This document shows positions 53,164-60,337 of a stretch of 64,000 nucleotides of DNA, in pieces. This DNA comes from Subdoligranulum sp. (lineage in GTDB: Bacteria; Bacillota; Clostridia; Oscillospirales; Ruminococcaceae). The notes below the pieces were generated by a model. The model was not told the origin of the DNA, searched no databases, and saw nothing but the letters and a program-made list of their open reading frames with translations. Each line of letters begins with the position of its first letter. Position 1 is the stretch's first letter. The position numbers and the translations under genes are program-made. The stretch spans positions 85,857 through 149,856 of the forward strand of contig JAAVHN010000018.1 in the NCBI GenBank assembly GCA_014799685.1, given 5' to 3'.

Positions 53164-54282
53164 ATGGAACAAAACAAAACAATCGGCATCATCGGCGCAG
53201 GGGCACTGGGCATCCTGTACGGAGCGCGCATGACGCAGGCGCTGGGCCAGAGCCGCGTGTTTTTCGTCGCCGACGAAGCGCGCGCCGCGCGCTACGGGCG
53301 CGAGGGCTTTTTCTGCAACGGCGCGCCGTGCGCGCTGCGCGTGGTGACGCCCGCCGAAGCCGCACAGCCTGCCGAAGCCAAAAGGAACGGGCTTTGGCAC
53401 TGCGACGCACTGCGTCCGCAGACGCGTTTCGGAGCTCAACCGAGCGAAGCGAGGCTCTTAGCGCGGAGATGTCGCGCCCAAGCAAGCAACCGCTGCGAAG
53501 CAGCGGCTTTTAGCGAGCCGGAGACCCCGCGGGAATATGCGGGGCCCGTGACGCTCGCGATCTTCGCGGTGAAGGGGCCGGGGCTTTTGGAGAGCATCGA
53601 GACGATGCGGCCGTTCATCGGCGCGGACACCATCGTGCTTTCGCTGCTCAACGGCGTCTCCAGCGAACAGACGCTTTGCGAGGCGTTCGGCGCGGCACAT
53701 GTGCTGTATGCCGTGGCGCAGGGCACGGACGCCACGCGCGTGGGCACGGCGGTAACGTACCGCAACGAGGGCCAGATTCTGATCGGCAGCGGCACGGGGC
53801 AGCGAACGCCCGATGTGGAAACGGCGCAGGCGCTGCTGGCCGCGGGCGGCGCGCCCGTGGTGGTGTGCGATGATATCCTTTTCCGCCAATGGAGCAAGCT
53901 GATGCTGAACGTGGGCCTGAACCAGGCGTGCGCGGTGCACGATGTGCCCTACGGCGGCGTGCAAAAGCCCGGCGCGCCGCGCGATACGATGCTGGCCGCC
54001 ATGCGCGAGGCGCAGACGCTGGCCGCGCGCGAGGGCATCACGCTGACGGACGCGGACATCGACGCCTGGATGCAGATGACGGACAAACTGAACCCGGCGG
54101 GAATGCCCTCGATGCGCCAGGATACCCTCGCGCACCGCAAAACCGAGGTGGAGCTTTTCTCCGGCACGATCCGCCGCCTGGGCCAAAAGCATGGCGTGCC
54201 CACACCGGTAAACGACTGGCTGTATGAACGCATCTTGGAAATTGAGAAAAGTTACACAGGCATTTCGCCGAGTGCGAGCTGA
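53164..54282 (+). CDS. panE: 2-dehydropantoate 2-reductase (ketopantoate reductase) carrying a roughly 55-aa in-frame insertion
   Basis: MEQNKTIGIIGAGALGILYGARM (Rossmann GxGxxG) ...LAIFAVKGPG...LLNGV...SKLMLNVGLNQ...SMRQD...EVELFSG. About 372 aa against the usual 300-320; the extra segment maps to about 53365-53545. Confidence 0.8.
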   Translation: MEQNKTIGIIGAGALGILYGARMTQALGQSRVFFVADEARAARYGREGFFCNGAPCALRVVTPAEAAQPAEAKRNGLWHCDALRPQTRFGAQPSEARLLARRCRAQASNRCEAAAFSEPETPREYAGPVTLAIFAVKGPGLLESIETMRPFIGADTIVLSLLNGVSSEQTLCEAFGAAHVLYAVAQGTDATRVGTAVTYRNEGQILIGSGTGQRTPDVETAQALLAAGGAPVVVCDDILFRQWSKLMLNVGLNQACAVHDVPYGGVQKPGAPRDTMLAAMREAQTLAAREGITLTDADIDAWMQMTDKLNPAGMPSMRQDTLAHRKTEVELFSGTIRRLGQKHGVPTPVNDWLYERILEIEKSYTGISPSAS

Positions 54283-54401
54283 CGATCTTGAAAACCGTAT
54301 CCCGGAAGCATCCGAAATGCTTCCGGGCAAATGGGACAAGCATTTGCGGCCCGCTTCAGAAATTTATGCCGTGAATTTTTCAGCAGATGGGGAAATCGGA
54401 C

Positions 54402-54890
54402 ATGCAGATCATATTGGATCCGGATCAATACGACCGTATTTGGGACAAAGTTCAGCATGAGTTTCATTTTTCCCCCTATGGTTCTCCCTATGGCTGCACC
54501 GATCAAAGCCCATGGATCTCCTTTCCCTTCCCATGCAAAAAATACCGGCTGGACCGCCTCTTTTCCGAGGAGCAGGAAAAGATCATCCGTTCCATTTTTC
54601 GCAATATAAATCCCCGGGAGATGTATGCGCTGGATTGGCAGCACGGTTGCTTTCTCTATGACCCCCGCGAGGAGATCCCTTTCGGCTATTGGTTCCATGA
54701 CGCCACACGAAATTGCAATGTATATTTTCCCAGCTATTACCCGGATGGCGACTATCATTTTTTCGCATCGCTGGATTGGTCCATCGGCCTCTACGGGCAT
54801 CCGTGGAGAGAAGAAATGATCGTTGCAGGAGAAGCGTTGATCCGGGAATTTGAGCGCGTGCAGAATGCGCTTCCGGTCACAGCGCTGTAA
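54402..54890 (+). CDS. hypothetical cytoplasmic protein (possibly DUF2716-like, tentative)
   Basis: MQIILDPDQYDRIWDKVQHEFHFSPYGSPYG...MYALDWQHGCFLYDPREEIPFGYWFHD...YYPDGDYHFFASLDWSIGLYGHPW. Low-GC islet. ATG 54402 follows GGGGA; ATG 54387 is an alternative. Confidence 0.6.
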   Translation: MQIILDPDQYDRIWDKVQHEFHFSPYGSPYGCTDQSPWISFPFPCKKYRLDRLFSEEQEKIIRSIFRNINPREMYALDWQHGCFLYDPREEIPFGYWFHDATRNCNVYFPSYYPDGDYHFFASLDWSIGLYGHPWREEMIVAGEALIREFERVQNALPVTAL

Positions 54891-54947
54891 AGACCGCGTT
54901 TTTCAAAATGCATTGCATGAGAACAAAGGGAGAAAACAACACAAATA

Positions 54948-54995
54948 CCGCCCCCTGAGGTGCCGAAGCATCCCAAAGGGCGGCATTCTTTTTTG
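54948..54995 (+). terminator. possible terminator; its loop carries a CATCCCAAAGGG motif
   Basis: CCGCCC (54948-54953) pairs with GGGCGG (54978-54983), then CATTCTTTTTTG. Confidence 0.4.
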
Positions 54996-55062
54996 TATCT
55001 TTTCATCGGGGTTCTATTTTGCTGCAGACCCCCCATTTTTAAATTCCTTATGCCTGCGGATC

Positions 55063-56547
55063 TTACGCAATGCCCTTTACATAAAACGCATAGCTTGCCG
55101 TGCCGCCGTAGCCGCCTGCGGTGTCCCACCGGGCGGTGACCTCGTAGATATAGCCGCCCGGCTTCACCTCAATGGCGTAACCGCCCCCGGCCGCGCTGCC
55201 CAAAACGCGCACCGTCTCGCCTTTGGCGGCGGTGTTGCCCCAATCCGCGTCGCTCCAGCAGCGCACGCGCACAATCTCGTCCGGCGCCGCGCCCTGCGGG
55301 AAGATTAGATCGAGCGTGCGGTCGTTCTCCATTTCCAGCGCGGGCGAGAGCTGCGCCTTACAGCTGAGCGGGTGCGCGCTGTCCGCCTCGGTATCCGCAA
55401 CCGTCCCGTCGGCGTTTTTGCTCTGCCACGAATAGCCGCCCTGCAGCGTGGTGTGGTTCATCCGGTCGAGCGTACCGATCACCGTCATCACAGGCGGCTG
55501 CTCCAATACCGTCACGGCCTCGCCGCTGCGCAGCAGATCGTTCGCGTATTGGTTCAGCGCCTCGCACGGCGCGTATTTGGTGCGGTAGCCCACGCCGTCA
55601 ATCACAAGGAACGGATTATACGCCATGACCTGCGTCTGCGCGCCATCTGCAAAGGTCAGCGTGAAGATCACGCCCTGCCCGCAGTATTCCGTATAAGAAT
55701 TGTCCCGGCTGTAGACGATCACATCCTGCAAAAGCCCGGCCAGTTCTTCTATATCCGGAATTTCCAGCGTGGTATCGGGCGGCGCCAGGCACACCGTAGC
55801 GAATGTGATCTCGTCCGCGCTCAGCGCCCGGAACGGTTTGCCGCCGTAGGTGACCGGGAATTTTTTCCGGCTTGGCGCATCCCCTCCGGCCGCGCTGAAC
55901 GCGCCGTCGCCGTCCTCAGCGGGGGAGGGCGCCGGAACATCCTGGTTTTCCATCGAACCGGCTTCATACAGTGATTCCTCCGTCACGCTGTCGCGCGGGC
56001 TGGCTTCGCCCGAGGGCGCCCCTGCGGGCGCATCCGGCGCGCCGACGTCCATTGTTTCGGCCGTATCGCACGCCGCGGGCGCAGTGTCTGCGGGCGCGCA
56101 GCTATCCGCACCCGCCGCCGCGCCCTCCATCTGCAGCGCCATATCGCTGTTGTTGCCGGCCCCGCAGCCGCGCAGCGTCGTCATGGGCAGGATCGCCAGC
56201 ATGGCCATTGCCGCAATGGGCAGCGCGGCGCGGCGCAGGTGCACGGCAAGCGGCACAGGTTTTTGGGCCGTCGTATTTTTTGCGGATGCCTTTTTGGCAA
56301 GTGCATTTTTTGTGGGTGCGCACCCTGTCCCGGCAGACACAGGAACAGGCGCATCAGCAGAGGCAGGCGTACCGGCAGATGCGGGTGCAGGAGCAGCGGC
56401 GGATACAGGATCCGCCGGGCCGCCGAACCCGGCCCGGCCCTCCCGCTGCTGCCGTTCCAGCGCGTGCATCTTTTCCAGCGTCTCGGCCTTCCACGCCTCG
56501 CTGGGGGCGAGCTTGCCGAATGCAGAAATGTAATCGTCCTTATACAT
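55063..56547 (-). CDS. putative anti-sigma factor: single-pass membrane protein with a large uncharacterised extracytoplasmic domain
   Basis: MYKDDYISAFGKLAPSEAWKAETLEKMHALE (short cytoplasmic N-terminus), Ala/Pro-rich linker, TM (AALPIAAMAMLAILPM), then a roughly 330-aa C-terminal domain. The start overlaps the stop of the ECF sigma gene (ATGTATAA). Confidence 0.6.
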   Translation of the reverse strand: MYKDDYISAFGKLAPSEAWKAETLEKMHALERQQREGRAGFGGPADPVSAAAPAPASAGTPASADAPVPVSAGTGCAPTKNALAKKASAKNTTAQKPVPLAVHLRRAALPIAAMAMLAILPMTTLRGCGAGNNSDMALQMEGAAAGADSCAPADTAPAACDTAETMDVGAPDAPAGAPSGEASPRDSVTEESLYEAGSMENQDVPAPSPAEDGDGAFSAAGGDAPSRKKFPVTYGGKPFRALSADEITFATVCLAPPDTTLEIPDIEELAGLLQDVIVYSRDNSYTEYCGQGVIFTLTFADGAQTQVMAYNPFLVIDGVGYRTKYAPCEALNQYANDLLRSGEAVTVLEQPPVMTVIGTLDRMNHTTLQGGYSWQSKNADGTVADTEADSAHPLSCKAQLSPALEMENDRTLDLIFPQGAAPDEIVRVRCWSDADWGNTAAKGETVRVLGSAAGGGYAIEVKPGGYIYEVTARWDTAGGYGGTASYAFYVKGIA

Positions 56548-57031
56548 CGTCAAACTCCCCTTTCAAGGCGGTTTTCAGCAGCTTGCGGGCGCGCGCCAAC
56601 TGGGAGAGCACGGTATTCTGCGGCATCTCCAGCAGCGCGGCGATCTCGCCGGTGGCGTAGCCCTCGATATAATATAAGTAGATCACCTGCCGGTATTTTT
56701 TCGGCAGGCGGTTCACGGCGTCCACTACGGCCGTCTCCGCCGGGGTGAACGGCGTATCGGGGAAATCCTCGGTAAGGCCCGTGGTTTTGCGCTGCCACGC
56801 GCTGCGAAAAAAGCTTTTGCAGCGGTTCGCCGTCACGCGCAGCAGCCACGCCTTCTCGTGCGCGGCGCTCTCGAACACGGGCTTCGCGCGGACATAGCTG
56901 AGGAACACCTCCTGCGCAATATCCTCGGCGTCGGCGCGGTTTTTCACCATGGCGTAGGCGGCGGAAAACACCGTTCCCGCATAGCGCTCCAAAATCTGCT
57001 CGGCGCTTGTACAAACGGCTGCTTCGCCCAT
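56540..57031 (-). CDS. ECF-type RNA polymerase sigma-70 family factor
   Basis: MGEAAVCTSAEQILERYAGTVFSAAYAMVKNRADAEDIAQEVFLSY (region 2) ...LPKKYRQVIYLYYIEGYATGEIAALLEMPQNTVLSQLARARKLLK (region 4). ATG 57031 follows GGAGAGGGGG. Confidence 0.88.
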   Translation of the reverse strand: MGEAAVCTSAEQILERYAGTVFSAAYAMVKNRADAEDIAQEVFLSYVRAKPVFESAAHEKAWLLRVTANRCKSFFRSAWQRKTTGLTEDFPDTPFTPAETAVVDAVNRLPKKYRQVIYLYYIEGYATGEIAALLEMPQNTVLSQLARARKLLKTALKGEFDDV

Positions 57032-57349
57032 CGCGTTTCCCCCTCTCCGTGAAGATTTTCTTTCTGTTTTTGTGAAGTGATAAAGGAACCTCTGAATAAA
57101 TCGCCGCGCGCATCTCGACGTCAAATTTCCCGCCTGTCTTTGCCCCAAAAAAGCGGCGGTACCGGAAGGCTGGGAGCCTGCCTGCGCGGCAAAAACCGAA
57201 AGCCTGCCTGCACATCCGGAGCAGCTTTGTTTTTTGCCAGGGCCGTCCCAAAGCCCGGCGCCCGCTTTGGCGAAACTCCGGATATCCTTTACACGCTCCA
57301 CAAATACAAATTATTGCACACACGGCAAAATTTTGCAAATCGGTTCCAT

Positions 57350-57380
57350 GAAAAAAGGGCCGGATCATCCAGCCCTTTTC
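57350..57380 (-). terminator. rho-independent terminator of the yhfC...ybjQ operon
   Basis: Minus strand reads AAAGGGCTGGATGATCCGGCCCTTTTTTCATGG, about 105 nt downstream of the ybjQ-like stop. Confidence 0.65.
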
Positions 57381-57486
57381 TGCGGTTCCCGCAATATTCC
57401 GCCACGGTCTTTCCGTCTGCCCGCAGCATCTTCGCGATATCCCCCGCGATTGTTCCGTTTATCCGCCGCACCCCTGCACCGGTGTG

Positions 57487-57798
57487 TTACCGATAGCGCA
57501 CCGCCGTGCCGTAGGCGATCACCTCGGCCGCGCCCTGCATCACCGAGGACGACCCGTAGCGCATGTTGACAACCGCGTCCGCACCCAGCGCCTCGGCCTC
57601 GTCCACCATGCGCTTGGTGGCGATCTGGCGCGCCTCGATGAGCATCTCGGTATACCCGACGATCTCGCCGCCCACGAGCGTTTTCATGCCGGCCATAAAG
57701 TCTTTGCCAAAGTTTTTCGATTGCACCACCGTCCCCTTTACGATTCCGAGCGCCTCGATCTCTTTGCCGGGAATGTGGTCAATATTGAGCAGCAGCAT
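57487..57798 (-). CDS. YbjQ family (UPF0145, putative heavy-metal-binding domain) protein
   Basis: MLLLNIDHIPGKEIEALGIVKGTVVQSKNFGKDFMAGMKTLVGGEIVGYTEMLIEARQIATKRMVDEAEALGADAVVNMRYGSSSVMQGAAEVIAYGTAV. ATG 57798 follows GGAGGAG. Confidence 0.88.
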   Translation of the reverse strand: MLLLNIDHIPGKEIEALGIVKGTVVQSKNFGKDFMAGMKTLVGGEIVGYTEMLIEARQIATKRMVDEAEALGADAVVNMRYGSSSVMQGAAEVIAYGTAVRYR

Positions 57799-58144
57799 CT
57801 TCTTCTCCTCCTTCAATTTCTTTCAGTCTTGCTTTCAGGCTGAACCAGAGCGGGATCACGCTGACAAGTTCGAAGCCTGTGAGAACCAGTGTCAATTTTG
57901 CAGGAAAGCCTGCCGGATCGAGCCCGGCGCGCACCCAGAGCAGCAGGCCTGCCGCCGCAAGATGCATCGCCGTGAACAGCACGGCGCTTTGGATGGCACT
58001 TTTACGACGCCCCTTCTTGCGGTCTGCAGCTGTGCAATCTGCGCATGCACGATCCGCGGCCGTGCATCCCTCGACCGTCTGGTCTGTAACCATTCGATCC
58101 GCGGCCGTTCGCTCCGCGCCGCTTTCAGTATTTTTTGGCTTCAT
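57779..58144 (-). CDS. small 2-TM membrane protein, paralog B of the MerR C-terminal tail module
   Basis: MKPKNTESGAERTAADR..., basic patch (KKGRRKS), two TM helices, and the tail LKARLKEIEGGEEDAAAQY. ATG 58144 follows AAGGAGAAGAGG, which lies inside the preceding gene. Confidence 0.6.
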   Translation of the reverse strand: MKPKNTESGAERTAADRMVTDQTVEGCTAADRACADCTAADRKKGRRKSAIQSAVLFTAMHLAAAGLLLWVRAGLDPAGFPAKLTLVLTGFELVSVIPLWFSLKARLKEIEGGEEDAAAQY

Positions 58145-58388
58145 CCTCTTCTCCTTTGTCAATCTCGCGCAGGCGCTGGAACAGCACGATCACAACGCCC
58201 ACGGCAATGGCAATGCCCACGAGCAACACCGGCAGCATCATCAGCAGAACGGGCCGCGTCTCTTCCCCAAGCTCCCGCAGCGCGGCTGCCGGGGCGCCGA
58301 AATACAGCGCCAGGAACACCACAACCACCACCGCCGCCAGAGCGGCCGCACGCTTTTTCTTTCCTTTGTCAGTACCGTTTTGCATCAT
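58125..58388 (-). CDS. small 2-TM membrane protein, paralog A of the MerR C-terminal tail module
   Basis: MMQNGTDKGKKKRAAALAAVVVVVFLALYFGAPAAALRELGEETRPVLLMMLPVLLVGIAIAVGVVIVLFQRLREIDKGEEDEAKKY. The start ATG 58388/58385 lies inside the 3' end of the MerR gene, after GGGGGAG. Confidence 0.6.
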   Translation of the reverse strand: MMQNGTDKGKKKRAAALAAVVVVVFLALYFGAPAAALRELGEETRPVLLMMLPVLLVGIAIAVGVVIVLFQRLREIDKGEEDEAKKY

Positions 58389-59019
58389 CGATCTCCCCCT
58401 TTCCGATTTCCCGGATGCGCAGCACCAGCGCATACACAACGCCCACGATCATCAGCGCCGGAACGGCGATGGTCACTGCGACCAGCGGCAGGGGCGGCAC
58501 CTCCTCCGGCTCCGTCAAAACGGCCCACAGAAACAGGCCAATCGCTCCCGCCATCAGCGCCACGAACACCACCGTCACCACGACGGGCGCCACATAGCGC
58601 GTGCGGACATCCCGCTTTTGCTGGTCGTGGAACGTCGTGCCGGCGCGCTCGAGCGATTCCACCTCCTGCAGGAAGCCCTCCGCGTCCAGCTCGGAAAGCG
58701 GCACCTCGCACGTTTGCAAAAGGCCGCACAAGCGCACCGCCTCGTCCAGATTGCGCCGCTCGCGTTCCAGCGTTACAAGGTGGCGGCGCAGCCCGTCGCC
58801 GACGGTCTGCGTGCCCTCGCGCATGCGGCGGATCTCCTCGATGGGCACGCCCAACTTGCGCAGCAGCTTGATGCGCCGCAGCGTGGCCACCTCGGCCTCG
58901 CCGTAATCCCGGTAGCCGTTTTCGCTGTTGCGGCCGGGCGCAAGCAGGCCCTTCTCCTCGTAAAAGCGGATATTCTTTTTGGTGATGCCGACAAGCGCCT
59001 CCACCTCGTTGATCTTCAT
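58369..59019 (-). CDS. MerR family transcriptional regulator fused to a C-terminal 2-TM membrane domain
   Basis: MKINEVEALVGITKKNIRFYEEKGLLAPGRNSENGYRDYGEAEVATLRRIKLLRKLGVPIEEI (MerR HTH), a coiled-coil dimerisation helix, then RYVAPVVVTVVFVALMAGAIGLFLWAV...LPLVAVTIAVPALMIVGVVYALVLRIREIGKGEIDDAKRY. ATG 59019 follows GGAAGGAGG. Confidence 0.85.
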   Translation of the reverse strand: MKINEVEALVGITKKNIRFYEEKGLLAPGRNSENGYRDYGEAEVATLRRIKLLRKLGVPIEEIRRMREGTQTVGDGLRRHLVTLERERRNLDEAVRLCGLLQTCEVPLSELDAEGFLQEVESLERAGTTFHDQQKRDVRTRYVAPVVVTVVFVALMAGAIGLFLWAVLTEPEEVPPLPLVAVTIAVPALMIVGVVYALVLRIREIGKGEIDDAKRY

Positions 59020-59067
59020 TGCGCCGCCTCCTTCCCTGCACAAAATTCCCGGAACAGCGTCCCGGCT

Positions 59068-59256
59068 TTAGAAAAGATTGCATATGACCACAATGATCAG
59101 GATAACAGCCGCATGCAATATCCACGTCCATACATTCCCAAAATTCATTGTATAGCCAAGCCCGCTGCGCGGCCGTTTGACAATGATCCTCTTATCACCC
59201 CGGTTGAAATAGATCCTTCCGGTGATCCAGCCGTCATTCTGATTTGTTGGTTTCAT
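59068..59256 (-). CDS. DUF5808-like small membrane protein
   Basis: MKPTNQNDGWITGRIYFNRGDKRIIVKRPRSGLGYTMNFGNVWTWILHAAVILIIVVICNLF. The FY.N..D.R..V.K..G.G.T.NF pattern matches my recollection of DUF5808. ATG 59256 lies 9 nt after GAAGGTG. Confidence 0.6.
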   Translation of the reverse strand: MKPTNQNDGWITGRIYFNRGDKRIIVKRPRSGLGYTMNFGNVWTWILHAAVILIIVVICNLF

Positions 59257-59286
59257 AGCGCTCTGCACCTTCTGAAAAGGGAGTTA

Positions 59287-60075
59287 TTATTCCGGCTTCC
59301 CCAAAGTCTCCGGCAATTTCTTATAGACCCCCGCCGCGTACCACACCGCCAGCGCCGCAAGGGCTGCCGCCAGAAGCTCCGTCACGATGATCGGGAAAAA
59401 CGCGTTGCTCACCACCGCGCAGAAATCGACTGCGGCATGCATCAGCACCGCCGCAAAAAACAGGCCGCGCTTTCCGGGCTGCGTCTCAGAAGCGAACACC
59501 AGCACCGAGAGCGCCATGTGCAGCGCCATCGCGGAAATGCGCTCGAAGCCGGCCCACAGGAAGGTGGCGGCCGGGATCGCTCTCAGCTGCTCCACGGCGG
59601 CCAGCAACTCCTGCGGCCGCGCTCCGCCCGCGCCCGCCATCGTCATCAGTTCGCCTGAATTTGCCATCGACAGCAGCACAAGGTTGGAGATGTACGTCAC
59701 CGAGAGCAGCAGCGCGGCCTCGCACCCGCCGTGCCCGATGCCGTAGCCGAGCGCCGTCACGCGCGTGCGGTGCTTTCTTAAAATAAACCGGAACGCCACA
59801 CGCCGCCCCGTCTCTTCAAAAATACCCGCCGCAAGCCCGCCGTACAGGCCGTACAGCCAGATATTGCTCTGGAGCATCGCGCCCAGCGGCGTGCGGAGCA
59901 GCACCACATTGTGCATGGCCGATTCCGCCACCATCGCAAACAGGAAAAAGATCCCCGCGCCCACAAAGAAATCCAGCCAGCTGCCGCCGCGCTTTTTCAA
60001 AAACACCATCACCGCAAACGGCAGGGTGAGAAACAGCGCCGCAAGGCCGCCCATCATGAGAGTTGTTGCCGTCAT
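59287..60075 (-). CDS. YhfC family intramembrane metalloprotease (DUF2324)
   Basis: 262 aa, polytopic. LYGGLAAGIFEETGRRVAFRFIL and GYGIGHGGCEA closely match the conserved EE...R and GHGG motifs of Bacillus YhfC. RBS GGAGAGGGAG. Confidence 0.85.
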   Translation of the reverse strand: MTATTLMMGGLAALFLTLPFAVMVFLKKRGGSWLDFFVGAGIFFLFAMVAESAMHNVVLLRTPLGAMLQSNIWLYGLYGGLAAGIFEETGRRVAFRFILRKHRTRVTALGYGIGHGGCEAALLLSVTYISNLVLLSMANSGELMTMAGAGGARPQELLAAVEQLRAIPAATFLWAGFERISAMALHMALSVLVFASETQPGKRGLFFAAVLMHAAVDFCAVVSNAFFPIIVTELLAAALAALAVWYAAGVYKKLPETLGKPE

Positions 60076-60219
60076 GTTATTCGCTCCCTCTCCGAAACAT
60101 GGAACTCTGACACAGAAGCGCCATACCGGGACACCGTGCCGGTACGGGACTCGGCTGCCTACGCGTGTATTTCCGCTTTGGCCGTGCGCCGCCCTGCCGC
60201 GTTCGGTTTTACTGCCTCT

Positions 60220-60250
60220 ATTCTATACTTTCCAGCAGGGGGAAGGTCAA
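60220..60250 (-). promoter_or_regulatory. MerR-type promoter (19-bp spacer with internal dyad) of the yhfC...ybjQ operon
   Basis: Minus strand reads TTGACC (60245-60250), 19 nt (TTCCCCCTGCTGGAAAGTA), TAGAAT (60220-60225). The dyad ACCTTCC-N7-GGAAAGT matches at 6 of 7 positions and spans the -35 and spacer. It lies about 145 nt upstream of yhfC. Confidence 0.5.
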
Positions 60251-60281
60251 GAGGGGACGGAAAAATTTTTCTTTGCGGCAG

Positions 60282-60316
60282 ACAAAACCGGCAAATTTCG
60301 TCCAAAAATTTGCCGG
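60282..60316 (-). terminator. rho-independent terminator after the MATE gene
   Basis: Minus strand reads CCGGCAAATTT-TTGGACG-AAATTTGCCGG followed by TTTTGTC. Confidence 0.7.
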
Positions 60317-60337
60317 CATTGCGCTTATTGATCCGCC

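Noticed and set aside
57289-57471. 60-aa ORF (GTG start) just downstream of the ybjQ-like gene
   Set aside because: It has no RBS, it reads through the operon terminator hairpin (the KGLDDPALF codons are the stem-loop), and it shows no family signature.
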